Shown piece by piece: positions 63,216 through 64,000 of a stretch of DNA of 64,000 bases; positions within the stretch are counted from its first letter, which is position 1; every line of letters begins with the position of its first letter. The translations under genes and the position numbers were made by a program. The notes beneath the pieces are model-generated. The model worked only from the letters and a program-made list of their open reading frames with translations, was not told where the DNA came from and searched no databases. The stretch is from Phoronis australis (taxonomy: Eukaryota; Animalia; Phoronida). The DNA lies in NCBI GenBank assembly GCA_002633005.1, contig NMRA01000600.1, forward strand, positions 190,399 through 254,398, in the 5' to 3' direction.

Positions 63216-64000
63216 TGAACTTTGGACACACAAACATTTAACTGTTCGCTGTTCGTTTACCAGTGGCAACTCCGGTCTTGACATCGGTTTATCAACTTTT
63301 GTTCAACTATTGAAAGGGGGTAAAGTCGAATCAACCTACAAATACGAAGTGCGGGACATTACACCAGCCTAAAACCTTAATGACGGCGTGGTAAAATCAA
63401 ACGTTAAGTGATATCGCGGAAGCATAATTTCTAACTTTAGATATGAGACTTTTATACAATACATTATGCGTAAAAACAAGCACGAAATTTGAAATTTACA
63501 GTAAAATTGCATAGAAGTCACAATACAACACTGGATATTTTACGACCTCAAGTGTTTTCATGCCGCGGAATGCTCAACAAGCAGCACGCATTTGCGCACA
63601 TCCGTTATTGCTCTTGACCATCACTTCATCACGCTGTATATTGCGCTTTACCACAGATACTTAATGTACATTTCTGCATAATTTGTCAACATGTTAGTAT
63701 AGCAATAGAACCCAAGTTTATTTTAGGAACAACACAAACAATGGTTTGAACATAGCGCCGATATTAAATCATCTTGGGCGCATGAAAACGGAAGACTGTG
63801 ATCGGTTTATAGTGTCATCCCGTCCATCGTCCATCATCATTCTGAACTTGTCACTTTCGCAGTAAAAAATCTTTTCGAAGCTAGAGCCCTCCTATCTAGC
63901 CAGCTAGCTGTATGAAGACTATTTTCAAAATACAGCAAGGTGCCACTGCGTATTGAGCTCAAACACACCTCGAAACTTCACACAGCCCGGATAGTTACGC

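Noticed and set aside
1-64000. Remaining short ORFs in the track and any prokaryotic operon reading
   Set aside because: Many use GTG/TTG starts, overlap on both strands and show no domain similarity, as expected by chance in eukaryotic non-coding DNA.

Overview
This is AT-rich metazoan nuclear DNA, probably from a marine invertebrate (inferred from GT-AG introns, TTAGGG-like repeats and the transposon superfamilies present). It is not prokaryotic, and almost all ORFs in the supplied track look spurious. The window is mostly decayed DNA transposons: an internally deleted Kolobok (THAP/DDE transposase convergent with a KolX/P2X7-ballast-like gene) plus a second decayed copy; a ~3.75 kb Academ with long TIRs and two further Academ fragments; an ISL2EU remnant (YqaJ exonuclease plus transposase tail); hAT elements with 5-bp TSDs; a HIRAN-like Tc1/mariner-type fragment; Crypton-like hairpin elements; foldback MITEs; and a CR1/L2 tail. 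Host-derived coding sequence is limited to a decayed DPAGT1 5' fragment and two exons of an apparently intact, uncharacterised type II membrane glycosyltransferase-like gene at the right end. Three single-N gaps mark assembly or haplotype duplications. The most unusual structure is a ~50-bp-period array at 46751-47150, in which related GC-rich cassettes sit in mixed orientation between palindromic 14-bp AT cores, next to a Crypton-like hairpin. All family assignments come from motif recognition by eye, not database searches.
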